Part shown: positions 29,171 through 38,070 of the stretch, piece after piece
Numbering within the stretch: position 1 is the first letter of the stretch
How the letters are laid out: every line of letters begins with the position of its first letter
Source: Nocardioides sp.
GTDB lineage: Bacteria; Actinomycetota; Actinomycetes; Propionibacteriales; Nocardioidaceae
Reading direction: 5' to 3'
NCBI GenBank assembly: GCA_049583775.1
Contig: JBAUWM010000010.1
Span: 1 to 41,892, forward strand
DNA: 41,892 nucleotides
Translations under genes and position numbers: made by a program
The notes under the pieces: model-generated
Seen by the model: only the letters and a program-made list of their open reading frames with translations
What the model was told of the DNA's origin: nothing
The model's database searches: none

Positions 29171-30154
29171 CTATCGGTCGGCGCGGACGAGGCCTTGGAT
29201 GGTGGGGCGGAAGTAGGGCGTCATCGTTCGGGTCAGTGTGGCCCCGAGGTGGATGTCGTCGAAGAACGTGGTGATCCGACCGACCTTCGGATGACAGTTG
29301 CCAGCGTCGCAGTAGACCGACGTGGCGTCGATGTAGCGGGCTGATCGGAGCGGCTTCATCAGCTGCTGCAACCACTGGCGGTTGCGCTGCTCGGCGTTGA
29401 GAGCGATCTTGCGTGGGAGCTCGCACATGTAGGGCGTGCGACCAGCGGGGCACGGCTCGGGGTCGATAGGCACGTTGGCCGAGGGCCCGATCACATCGGT
29501 GGGGATGCGGCGCCGGGCGAGCTTGTCGAAGAACGGCTCGGTGCCACGGTGCGCGAGCTCGACAATGTGCGCCTCGTACGGGGTGAAGACCGCGTTCGGC
29601 TTCTGCATCCGTCGGTAGGCCTGCCGGTAGCCGCTCCACCACGAACCGAGGATCACCGTGAAGTCGCGGCCCTTGCGGCGATAGTCGGTCACCAGGTCGA
29701 GCGCGGCCGCGTTGTGCCGTTCGCAGTGCCCGTACCGGTCACCGGGCTCGCGGGGCAGGGGAATAGTGGGAGGACACCCGCCCGCGAACATGATCACCAG
29801 ATTCAGCCGGTTGCGCTGGGCCAGGTGCTGCACGGCCGGCAGGTACATCCACGCGTGGGAGTCGCCCCACATGAAGACTGTCGGACGACGCTCGAACCGC
29901 ACGAGTCGACACGGTGTGACCGGCCGGTCGTTGGCCTCGTCGAAGCACCGATCGGGCAGCTGCGGGAAGTCCTCGGAGGGATCTTGGCCTTCGCTCGCCA
30001 CACCGATCTTGCCCACGAGCGAACTGAGGGCGTGGTCGCCCGTCGATGACTGGGCTGGAACGGCCACGAGCGCGAGCAGGAGGGACTGTGCCACGACAAC
30101 CAGCAGCAGGGCCCGGCCCGCTGCGCTGGGCAGCCGGAAGGTGCGAACCGACAT
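29171..30154 (-). CDS. Secreted stand-alone SGNH domain protein (AT3-fused-type SGNH)
   Basis: Signal peptide, block I WGDSHA, GGCPP, terminal DxxH (FFDDIHL) and multiple Cys. Confidence 0.85.
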   Translation of the reverse strand: MSVRTFRLPSAAGRALLLVVVAQSLLLALVAVPAQSSTGDHALSSLVGKIGVASEGQDPSEDFPQLPDRCFDEANDRPVTPCRLVRFERRPTVFMWGDSHAWMYLPAVQHLAQRNRLNLVIMFAGGCPPTIPLPREPGDRYGHCERHNAAALDLVTDYRRKGRDFTVILGSWWSGYRQAYRRMQKPNAVFTPYEAHIVELAHRGTEPFFDKLARRRIPTDVIGPSANVPIDPEPCPAGRTPYMCELPRKIALNAEQRNRQWLQQLMKPLRSARYIDATSVYCDAGNCHPKVGRITTFFDDIHLGATLTRTMTPYFRPTIQGLVRADR

Positions 30155-30157
30155 GGA

Positions 30158-31099
30158 TCAGCCGCGCAGGAGATCGGAGATTGACGGTCCGAAGTACTGG
30201 CGAAGGTTGCGGGTGCGCGTGGCGCTCAGGTGCAGGCTGTCGTAGAACGTCTCGATCGTGCCGACGAGGCCGTGGCACACGTCGGCGTCGCAGTAGGACG
30301 GCGAGGCGTCGATGTATCGCGGGTTGTTCTTGAGCTTGCGCATCTGCTGCCGGAGGAAGTTCTGTGTGTCACGCTCCTCCGGAATGGCACGCCAGCGCGG
30401 GATGTCGCACAGGTAGGGGTCTTGGCCGGCCTCGCACACCGGCACTCGCTCGGGAACGACGGCAGACTGAGCGATCACGTCGGTGTCGACGCCCATCTTG
30501 CCGAGCTTGGTGAAGAGCTTCGGCGTGCCCTCGTGGGAGAGCCGGATCATCTGCTTGACGAAGTCGGTGTAGCCCGAAGTGGGCATCACCTCGTCCATGA
30601 CCATCTTGCGATAGCCCTGCCGGAAACCGCCCCAGTTGGACGCGAGGATGACCTTGAAGCGCTTGTTCTCGTTGCGTTGCTTCTTGATGAACTTCAGCGC
30701 CAGCGCATCGTTGAGCTCGCACTTGCCCGGGTAGCGCTCGCCCTTCGGCGGCTTGGGCACGACGGCCGGGGGACAGCTGCCGGAGGCGAAGGAGATGAGG
30801 TTGACGTTCTTGCCCATGACTGCCTGACGGACAGCCGGGATGAACTGCCAGGCGTGCGAGTCGCCCCAGAGGATCAGCGTGGGACGCTTGCCCTTGTACT
30901 TGTTGAGGTAGCAGGGGCCCGGAGTCCGGATCTCCTGGCCCGGCGCGAAGCACTCCTTCGGCACCGTCGCGTAGTCGCGGTCGGGGAGGTCGCCGTCGGC
31001 TCGAGCCGGGGCGGGGACTGCGGCCAGCAGTGCGGCCAGGGAGGCGATGACCAGGAGCGCAATGGCATGCCGGGCCGAGATTTGGGGAGCGAGGCGCAT
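30158..31099 (-). CDS. Secreted stand-alone SGNH domain protein, paralog of 29171-30154
   Basis: Signal peptide ending PARA, WGDSHA, GSCPP and FYDSLHL. Start at ATG 31099 (or 31111), not 31597, which would overlap the divergent gene. Confidence 0.85.
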   Translation of the reverse strand: MRLAPQISARHAIALLVIASLAALLAAVPAPARADGDLPDRDYATVPKECFAPGQEIRTPGPCYLNKYKGKRPTLILWGDSHAWQFIPAVRQAVMGKNVNLISFASGSCPPAVVPKPPKGERYPGKCELNDALALKFIKKQRNENKRFKVILASNWGGFRQGYRKMVMDEVMPTSGYTDFVKQMIRLSHEGTPKLFTKLGKMGVDTDVIAQSAVVPERVPVCEAGQDPYLCDIPRWRAIPEERDTQNFLRQQMRKLKNNPRYIDASPSYCDADVCHGLVGTIETFYDSLHLSATRTRNLRQYFGPSISDLLRG

Positions 31100-31150
31100 G
31101 ATGAGTCGCATTTTGTCATAGGCCCGTAGGCGAAAGGGACGGAACCACGC

Positions 31151-31888
31151 ATGTCTGACGAGGTCGTCATCGAGGCACGTGACCGTCCGCGCGGCTACGT
31201 GGTGCTGGTGGGTGGTCGCGAGCAGTCCTACGTGGACCTCGATGACCCCACCTACCTGGCCTTTGACTACGTGCGCCGGATGGCCGACGTGGTCGACGCG
31301 ATAGCTGCTCCGGGACTGCCGATCCGCATCGTGCACGTGGGCGGAGCTGGCCTCAGCCTGCCGCGGTACGTGACTGCGACTCGGGCCCGCTCGAGCCAGG
31401 TGGTGCTGGAACCCGACGAAGCACTCACCGCGCGAGTGCGGGCTGAGCTGCCACTGCCCCGATCGAGTGGCGTCAAGGTGCGCGGCATCGATGGCGTCGC
31501 GGGTGTAGCCGCCTTGCGCGATGCATCGGCCGACCTGGTGATCACCGACGCGTACCGCGACGGGCAGGTGCCAGCAGACCTGCTGAGCGCGGAGCACCTC
31601 GCAGACGTGGCCCGCGTGCTGGGACCGGACGGCTGGTACCTGCTCAACCTGGCCGACGTCGCTCCGTTCGCTCTCGCGCGGTCGGTGGTACCCCGCCTGC
31701 GGCCGATCTTCGACTCCGTCGTAGTCAGCGCCGAGCCAGCCACGCTGCGAGGTCGACGGCCGGGCAACCTGCTCGTCGTGGCATCAGGATCCGGCGACCC
31801 GGGGGCGGCACTGGTGCGGCGGGCAACATCGTCGGCGGCCCCCTACCGTGTGCTCGCCGGACATGAGGTGCGAGACAGGTTCGGCTGA
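31151..31888 (+). CDS. Spermidine synthase-like SAM-dependent methyltransferase-fold protein
   Basis: QSYVDLDDPTYLAFDYVRRM, HVGGAGLSLPRY, DLVITDAY and GRRPGNLL. Confidence 0.82.
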   Translation: MSDEVVIEARDRPRGYVVLVGGREQSYVDLDDPTYLAFDYVRRMADVVDAIAAPGLPIRIVHVGGAGLSLPRYVTATRARSSQVVLEPDEALTARVRAELPLPRSSGVKVRGIDGVAGVAALRDASADLVITDAYRDGQVPADLLSAEHLADVARVLGPDGWYLLNLADVAPFALARSVVPRLRPIFDSVVVSAEPATLRGRRPGNLLVVASGSGDPGAALVRRATSSAAPYRVLAGHEVRDRFG

Positions 31889-31969
31889 TGGAGCCACGAG
31901 GCGACGCAGCGAGTCAGGTAGTGGTCCCGTAGCCTTTCGCCGTTCGAGCCCGCCGACCGGAAGCGATTC

Positions 31970-33526
31970 ATGCCGCCCTCTCGACCTCTGACGAGGCCGT
32001 CGTTGCGTTTCGTGGTGGCGTTCTTCTTGGTGCTGGCCTCGGCCGTCGCAGTCCTCGCGGTCTCGCCACGAAGCGACACGCAGGAACGCGGCGCGATCAC
32101 GCCGTCCGCGGGGGAGCCGACCGACCCGATCCTGGGCGACCCGACTGTCGGGCCAGATGCGTCGGAGCGTCCGAACGTCATTCTGATCACGACTGACGAC
32201 ATGACGGTCACCGACCTGCGCTGGATGCCGGTCACGCGAGAGCTTCTGTTGCGCCCGGGTGTCACCTTTGACCGGGCGTTGTCGCCGCACCCGCTGTGCT
32301 GTCCGGCTCGCGCGGCGATCCTCACCGGCCAGTACGCCCAGAACAATGGCGTCAAGTCGAACCAAGCACCGTACAACTTCGCCGCACTTCAGAGCGCGAC
32401 CACGTTGCCTGTGTGGCTGCACGAGGCCGGCTACCGCACGGCGTTCACCGGCAAGTACCTCAACGGCTTCGGCACCGACGGTCCCCGGCAACCGGGCTGG
32501 GACTACTGGGACCCGACCATGTTCGGTCAGTACGCCTATACGCCTTTTCAGATGTACAACAACGGTGATCGGCGGTGGTACCCGAACATCAACAACGTCG
32601 ACTACATCAGTCAACGCACCGTGTCTCTGGTCAACGAGTGGGCTGCCGATGACCAGCCGTTCTTCATCTGGGCCTCACACGTCGCGCCGCACGGGCGACT
32701 CGACGAAGCCAACGGCATTCCGTCGTCGGCCAAGGCGGTGCCTCCTCCGCGCTACGCCGACCTCTTTGCAAACGTGCGCTCCCCCTCGCTGCTCGACCCC
32801 GGTTACCTGGTCGACGACGTGCTGGACAACAACTCGCTGGTGCAGTCGAAGAACCGGCCTTCACCCGGCAAGATCAACGAGATCTTCCGTTCGCGGATCC
32901 GCAGCCTGCAGGCGGTCGATGACGGTGTGGCCAGCCTGATCGAGTCGCTGACGGTGGCTGGCGAGCTCGACTCGACGTACATCATGTTCACCTCCGACAA
33001 CGGCTACCTGATGGGCGAGCACAACCTCGTCACCAAGAACGTGCCCTACCGGCAGTCGCTGCGGGTGCCCCTGATCATTCGCGGGCCAGGCGTGCCAGCG
33101 GGAGTCGTTCGCGACCAGCGCGCCTTGATGATCGACCTCGCCCCCACCATCGCGGACATCGCTGGGGCCGAGCCCTTGGTTCCCGTCGATGGGGTGTCGT
33201 TGCTGCCGGCCCTGCAGACAGATGCGCCGCTGCGCGACACGGTGCTCATCCAGGCCGGCCCGGCCAAGCAGACCGACGACGGCGGGGTCGGCTGGTGGTG
33301 GCGAGGCGTGACCACGCCGCGCTACACCTACGCCCGGTTCTACGCCGACGGCCTCGAGGAGCTCTACGACCGTCTGGTCGACCCAGCCGAGAACAGCAAC
33401 CTCGCCACGAACCCCAGCTACGCCCCGGTGCTCGCTGAACTGCGGCGCCGGACTGCTGAGCTGGTCGACTGTGCGGGGCCAGACGCGTGCAGCCAGGACT
33501 TCGGGCCCGACCCGCGCCCGTCCTAG
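31970..33526 (+). CDS. Secreted/membrane-anchored type I sulfatase (N-acetylglucosamine-6-sulfatase-like)
   Basis: RPNVILITTDD, formylglycine motif CCPARAAILTG (CxPxR), GKYLNG, FTSDNG and ELYD; N-terminal hydrophobic anchor. Confidence 0.92.
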   Translation: MPPSRPLTRPSLRFVVAFFLVLASAVAVLAVSPRSDTQERGAITPSAGEPTDPILGDPTVGPDASERPNVILITTDDMTVTDLRWMPVTRELLLRPGVTFDRALSPHPLCCPARAAILTGQYAQNNGVKSNQAPYNFAALQSATTLPVWLHEAGYRTAFTGKYLNGFGTDGPRQPGWDYWDPTMFGQYAYTPFQMYNNGDRRWYPNINNVDYISQRTVSLVNEWAADDQPFFIWASHVAPHGRLDEANGIPSSAKAVPPPRYADLFANVRSPSLLDPGYLVDDVLDNNSLVQSKNRPSPGKINEIFRSRIRSLQAVDDGVASLIESLTVAGELDSTYIMFTSDNGYLMGEHNLVTKNVPYRQSLRVPLIIRGPGVPAGVVRDQRALMIDLAPTIADIAGAEPLVPVDGVSLLPALQTDAPLRDTVLIQAGPAKQTDDGGVGWWWRGVTTPRYTYARFYADGLEELYDRLVDPAENSNLATNPSYAPVLAELRRRTAELVDCAGPDACSQDFGPDPRPS

Positions 33527-33546
33527 CGCCCCGACGCCACAGCGAG

Positions 33547-33578
33547 CCCCGGTGGCCCTCGGGGGACCCGGGGGTCCC
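33547..33578 (+). terminator. GC-rich hairpin(s) after the sulfatase gene
   Basis: CCCCGG(33547-52)/CCGGGG(33568-73) or alternatively GGGACC-CGGG-GGTCCC (33563-78); no U tract. Confidence 0.35.
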
Positions 33579-33659
33579 GGCACGCCCGTGCTCGACAGCG
33601 TCTCGGTACGCTGTAGCCACACCGCATTGCCGACGACCCGAAGGAACCCGACCCGCCCG

Positions 33660-33740
33660 ATGGACGGCTCTCAAAGTAGGCCGAGGCGCACGCGCCTCGG
33701 CTCCCCCCTGGTCCCGCCGATGAGTGGTCGGCCGTGCTGA
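33660..33740 (+). CDS. Candidate 26-aa leader peptide (uORF) overlapping the start of the CNNM/CorC gene
   Basis: ATG 33660 reads MDGSQSRPRRTRLGSPLVPPMSGRPC with TGA at 33738-33740, overlapping GTG 33734; lies downstream of a TACGCT -10 (33607-33612). Confidence 0.35.
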   Translation: MDGSQSRPRRTRLGSPLVPPMSGRPC

Positions 33741-35143
33741 CCGCCTGGCTTCTCTTGGCCGTAGCTCTCCTTCTCGTGGCCGGCTGCGGTGTCTTCGTCG
33801 CCGCGGAGTTCTCGCTGGTGACGGTCGACCGAGGTCAGGTCGACCGCGCCGCCGAGAGTGGTGACGCGGCCGCGATCGGCGTCCAGTCGGCCCTCCGCTC
33901 CCTGTCGACCCAGCTGTCTGGTGCGCAGGTCGGCATCACCGTCACCAACCTCGGGATCGGGTTTCTCGCCGAGCCGGCGATCTCCGAACTGCTGGCAGAT
34001 CCGCTGGGCGCGCTTGGCCTGCCCGACGGCGCGGTGCAGCCGACCGCCTTGGCTGTCGCCCTGGTGCTCAGCACGATCCTGACGATGCTCTTCGGTGAAC
34101 TCGTGCCCAAGAACGTCGCCATCGCCCTGCCGATGGCGACCGCGCGCGCCACCCAACGGCCGATGCGTCTCTTCACGGCGGGCATGAGGGGCCCGATCCG
34201 GGTGCTCAACGGCTCGGCCAACGCCATCGTGCGTCGGCTGGGCGTCGAGCCGCAGGAGGAGCTTCGGTCTGCCCGGAGCTCAGCCGAGCTCGCGTCGTTG
34301 ATCCAGAGGTCGGCCCACGAGGGCACGCTCGATGCCGAGACCGCCGAGCTGATGGAGCGATCGGTGGAATTCGGCACTCGTACCGCGGGCGAGATCATGA
34401 CGCCCCGGGTGCGCACTCACAGCCTCGATGCCAATGACCGCGCCCTCGCCGTCATCGAGCTCACCCGCAGCACCGGTCACTCGCGATTCCCAGTGCTCGA
34501 TGACGAAGACGCCGTGGTCGGCACGGTGCACGTCAAGCACGCTGTGGCCCTGCCGCTGCACGAGCGATCGACCACGAAGGTCAAGCACCTCATGGTCAAG
34601 CCGATCGTCGTGCCCGACTCGCTCCGACTCGACCCGCTGATGGCGTTGTTGCGCGCCGACGGTTTTCAGATGGCCGTGGTGCTCGACGAGTACGGCGGTC
34701 AGGCGGGAATCGTCACCCTCGAGGACGTGATCGAGGAGATCGTGGGTGACATCTCCGACGAGCACGACCGCATGGGCACTCGGGGTCGTCAACGTCGCGA
34801 CGGCAGTTGGGCCTTGTCAGGGTTGCTGCGACCCGACGAGGTCGAGGACCTCACCGGGATCGAGCTGCCCGAGAGCGAGGACTACGACACGATCGCGGGT
34901 CTCGTGCTGAAGACCCTGGGCCGGATCCCTCGTACCGGCGACCTCGCCGAGGTGCCGGTTCCCGATCGCACCGACCCCGACGAACCACGTCAGACGCTCG
35001 TCATCCTCACCGTTGAGCACATGGATGGGTTGCGAGTCGATCGGCTCAGCCTCCGACTGCTCGACGCACCCACTGAGCCGGATAGCACTCACGAACCACT
35101 CGTGGTCGTCGAGGACGTCGAGCTTCCCGGCGGTGAGCCATGA
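33734..35143 (+). CDS. Hemolysin-family CNNM (DUF21) + CBS pair + CorC/HlyC domain protein
   Basis: FVAAEFSLV, AQVGIT, FGELVPKN, IMTPR, GHSRFPV, VLDEYGG..GIVTLEDVIEEIVG and YDTIAGLV. Confidence 0.92.
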   Translation: MLTAWLLLAVALLLVAGCGVFVAAEFSLVTVDRGQVDRAAESGDAAAIGVQSALRSLSTQLSGAQVGITVTNLGIGFLAEPAISELLADPLGALGLPDGAVQPTALAVALVLSTILTMLFGELVPKNVAIALPMATARATQRPMRLFTAGMRGPIRVLNGSANAIVRRLGVEPQEELRSARSSAELASLIQRSAHEGTLDAETAELMERSVEFGTRTAGEIMTPRVRTHSLDANDRALAVIELTRSTGHSRFPVLDDEDAVVGTVHVKHAVALPLHERSTTKVKHLMVKPIVVPDSLRLDPLMALLRADGFQMAVVLDEYGGQAGIVTLEDVIEEIVGDISDEHDRMGTRGRQRRDGSWALSGLLRPDEVEDLTGIELPESEDYDTIAGLVLKTLGRIPRTGDLAEVPVPDRTDPDEPRQTLVILTVEHMDGLRVDRLSLRLLDAPTEPDSTHEPLVVVEDVELPGGEP

Positions 35144-36189
35144 GCGACTACACCGCGTTGTTCGTGGCTCTCGTGCTGCTGGCCTTCAACGCCTTCTTCG
35201 TGGGCGCGGAGTTCGCCTTGATCTCAGCCCGGCGCAGCCAGATCGAGCCTCGGGCCCAAGCCGGCTCGCGGATGGCACGCAGCACCTTGCGTGCCATGGA
35301 GAACGTGTCGCTGATGATGGCCGGTGCGCAGCTCGGCATCACGATCTGCTCACTCGGCCTGGGTGCGGTCGGTGAGCCGGCGCTGGCGCACCTCATCGAG
35401 CCCCTCTTCGAAGATCTCGGCGTGCCCGAGGGTTTCGTCCATCCCGTGGCGTTCACCCTCGCCCTCATGGTCGTGGTGTTCCTGCATGTCGTGCTCGGCG
35501 AGATGGTGCCCAAGAACATTGCGATCGCCGGGCCTGAGCGCGCGGCACTCGTGCTCGGACCGCTGATCCTCGGGGTGGTCACCCTGCTGCGTCCGATCAT
35601 CGTGACACTGAACGCGGTCGCCAATGCGACCTTGCGGCTGCTGCACGTGGAGCCCAAGGATGAGCTGAGCTCGACTTTCACTCGTGCGGAAGTCGCGGCA
35701 CTGGTCGAAGAGTCACGGGGCGAGGGACTCATCGCCGACGACGAGTACGACCGACTCGCCGGAGCGCTCGGCTTCACCGAGAAGAGCGTTGCCACGGTGC
35801 GGCTGCCGGCCGACACGCTCACCACGGTGCAGACCGGATCAACCGCGGCGGACGTCGAGAACTTGTGTGCCACCACTGGCTTCTCGCGATTCCCGGTGGC
35901 GGCCGAGGATGGATCGCTGGTGGGCTACCTGCACATCAAGGACGTACTCGAGACCGACGACGAACGACGTCTGCGGCCGATCGAGGACAAGTGGGTCCGC
36001 CCGTTCGCGACCGTGGCCGACGATGCGTTGCTGCACGAGACGTTGGAGGTGCTGCGACGCCGGGGGGCGCACATGGCGCGGGTCGTCGACGTCGCGGGCG
36101 AAACGGTTGGTGTGGCGACGCTCGAGGACGTCATCGAGGAGCTCGTCGGAGAGATCCGGGACGCAGCCCACCACGAGGACAGCATCTGA
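35140..36189 (+). CDS. Hemolysin-family CNNM (DUF21) + CBS protein (second paralog, no CorC C-terminus)
   Basis: NAFFVGAEFALIS, AQLGIT, LGEMVPKN, GFSRFPV and TLEDVIEELVGEI; ATGA overlap with the upstream gene. Confidence 0.92.
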   Translation: MSDYTALFVALVLLAFNAFFVGAEFALISARRSQIEPRAQAGSRMARSTLRAMENVSLMMAGAQLGITICSLGLGAVGEPALAHLIEPLFEDLGVPEGFVHPVAFTLALMVVVFLHVVLGEMVPKNIAIAGPERAALVLGPLILGVVTLLRPIIVTLNAVANATLRLLHVEPKDELSSTFTRAEVAALVEESRGEGLIADDEYDRLAGALGFTEKSVATVRLPADTLTTVQTGSTAADVENLCATTGFSRFPVAAEDGSLVGYLHIKDVLETDDERRLRPIEDKWVRPFATVADDALLHETLEVLRRRGAHMARVVDVAGETVGVATLEDVIEELVGEIRDAAHHEDSI

Positions 36190-36237
36190 GGTCGGCGTCC
36201 CCGATGCGTGCCGAACCGCCCGTTAGGGTGGGTTCTC

Positions 36238-36861
36238 GTGGCGGGTGAGACGACGGGCGCCGAGCGGCACACCGGTGAGCCAGGTGCGTTGGTGTGGACT
36301 CTCCCCAACGTCTTGAGTGCCCTTCGCCTGGCGGGGGTACCGCTGTTCCTGTGGCTCGTGCTCGGACCCGAAGAGGATTCGTGGGCGCTGCTCGTGCTGG
36401 TCACGTCCGGCATCACCGACTACCTCGATGGCTGGCTGGCCCGCAAGCTCGACCAGCAGTCCGTGCTCGGCCAGATCCTCGACCCGGTCGCCGACCGCCT
36501 CTACATTCTCGCGGTCGTGGTGGGACTGGCCTTGCGCGACATCATTCCGTGGTGGCTGGCGATCTCGTTGCCCCTGCGCGACCTGCTGATGTGGGGTCTC
36601 GTGCCATTGCTGCGCACTCGCGGTTTCAGCGCGCTGCCGGTGCACTTCCTCGGCAAGGCCGCCACCTTCAACCTGCTCTATGCCTTCCCGCTGCTCTTGC
36701 TCGGCGACGGCGACGGCACCGTCGCTGCGCTCGCCGAAGTGTTCGGCTGGGCCTTCGCCTTCTGGGGGATCGGCCTGTACTGGTGGGCGGGAGTCCTCTA
36801 CACCTGGCAGGTGCGCAAGCTTCTCGCCTCGACCGAGCGACGCCCGGCCCGCGATGGTTGA
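36238..36861 (+). CDS. CDP-alcohol phosphatidyltransferase (PgsA2-like)
   Basis: WTLPNVLSALRL and D-x2-DG-x2-AR...G-x3-DP-x2-D (TDYLDGWLAR..LGQILDPVAD). Start approximate (TAGGGT at 36224-36229). Confidence 0.9.
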   Translation: MAGETTGAERHTGEPGALVWTLPNVLSALRLAGVPLFLWLVLGPEEDSWALLVLVTSGITDYLDGWLARKLDQQSVLGQILDPVADRLYILAVVVGLALRDIIPWWLAISLPLRDLLMWGLVPLLRTRGFSALPVHFLGKAATFNLLYAFPLLLLGDGDGTVAALAEVFGWAFAFWGIGLYWWAGVLYTWQVRKLLASTERRPARDG

Positions 36862-37741
36862 GCGGCGAGAGGTTTCTGCTCCGGTCGTGCCTGATCGCGT
36901 CCGGATGCCGCTGCTCACCCTGATCACCCAGCAGTCCCTGGACGGCGACTATCTCGATGCTGCCGAACGACGGGCCGCTGGCGCCCCGCGCCCGCCGCGT
37001 GGCCGGCCCCGGCGAGTCGCGGCGGTGGTGATTGCGGTGTTCGGCGTCCTGGTGTCGACGGCCTTCGTGCAGACCAGTCGCAACGCCGATGTCGACTCGG
37101 CGAGCCGGGAGACGCTCATCCGACGGATCGAGAACCAGCGGGATCGGGTGGCCCGCCAGCAGCAGCGGGCAGCGACACTCCGTACCCGCAACACCTCTTT
37201 GGAGCGCTCGACCACTCGGCTCGCCAGCGAGCAGCAGGCAGCCTTGGTGCGCAACCGCCGACTGCAGGTGCGCACCGGCTTTGTCGGCGTGACCGGCCAG
37301 GGACTGCGAATCGTGGTCACCGAGGTCGCTGACGCCGATGACAACCAAGAGGTGCAGGACTCCGATCTGGCCCTGCTGGCCAACGGGCTATGGGAGGCCG
37401 GGGCCGAAGCGGTGGCCATCAACGGTCAGCGCCTCACCGCGCAGAGTGCGATTCGTACCAGCGGTGTGCCGATCGAGGTCAACGGCGTCGGCATCGGGCC
37501 GCCCTACACCGTGGAGGCGATCGGCGACGTCCGGACGCTCGAAGCACAGCTCTTCGAGACCACGACCGGGCTTGCCTTTGTCGGCCTGGCTGGCGATTTC
37601 GGGTTCACCTACAACATCGACACGATCGACGAGCTGGCCCTACCTGCCGCCCCGGCTACCTACCTGCGGCTACGGTCGGCCCGGATCGTCGTACCTGGCG
37701 AGACCACCGAATCGACTCCTGGGAAGGAGCCAGCGCCATGA
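36854..37741 (+). CDS. DUF881 family protein
   Basis: TM segment, coiled coil, VTGQG, NGLWEAGAEAVAINGQRL and PPYTVEAIG. Confidence 0.88.
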   Translation: MVERREVSAPVVPDRVRMPLLTLITQQSLDGDYLDAAERRAAGAPRPPRGRPRRVAAVVIAVFGVLVSTAFVQTSRNADVDSASRETLIRRIENQRDRVARQQQRAATLRTRNTSLERSTTRLASEQQAALVRNRRLQVRTGFVGVTGQGLRIVVTEVADADDNQEVQDSDLALLANGLWEAGAEAVAINGQRLTAQSAIRTSGVPIEVNGVGIGPPYTVEAIGDVRTLEAQLFETTTGLAFVGLAGDFGFTYNIDTIDELALPAAPATYLRLRSARIVVPGETTESTPGKEPAP

Positions 37742-38070
37742 TCGCCGCCCTGGGCCTGCTCGTCGGGGTAGCGCTCGGCCTGTTCTTCCAACCCGACGTG
37801 CCGTTGGGGCTTGAGCCATATCTCCCCATTGCTGTCGTGGCTGCGCTCGACGCCGTCTTTGGCGGCTTGCGCGCCTACCTCGACGGGATCTTCGACGACA
37901 AGGTCTTCGTGGTCTCGTTCGTGAGCAACGTCGTGATCGCGGCTGGCATCGTCTACCTCGGCGACCGCCTGGGCGTTGGCGGCCAGCTCTCGACCGGGGT
38001 CATCGTCGTGCTCGGGATTCGGATCTTCTCCAACGTCGCGGCCATCCGTCGCCACCTGTTCCATGCCTGA
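37738..38070 (+). CDS. Small basic family protein (DUF1290/Sbp)
   Basis: PYLPIAVVAALDAVFGGLRA and GIRIFSNVAAIRRHLF; lies between two DUF881 genes. Confidence 0.92.
   Translation: MIAALGLLVGVALGLFFQPDVPLGLEPYLPIAVVAALDAVFGGLRAYLDGIFDDKVFVVSFVSNVVIAAGIVYLGDRLGVGGQLSTGVIVVLGIRIFSNVAAIRRHLFHA

Noticed and set aside
31100..31597. N-terminal extension of the second SGNH ORF to 31597
   Set aside because: It overlaps the divergent spermidine-synthase-like gene, and the signal peptide begins at Met 31099/31111.
31860..31969. Frameshift or truncation at the end of the spermidine-synthase-like gene (ends ...DRFG)
   Set aside because: The core fold appears complete and alternative frames show no recognisable continuation; cannot be supported without an alignment.
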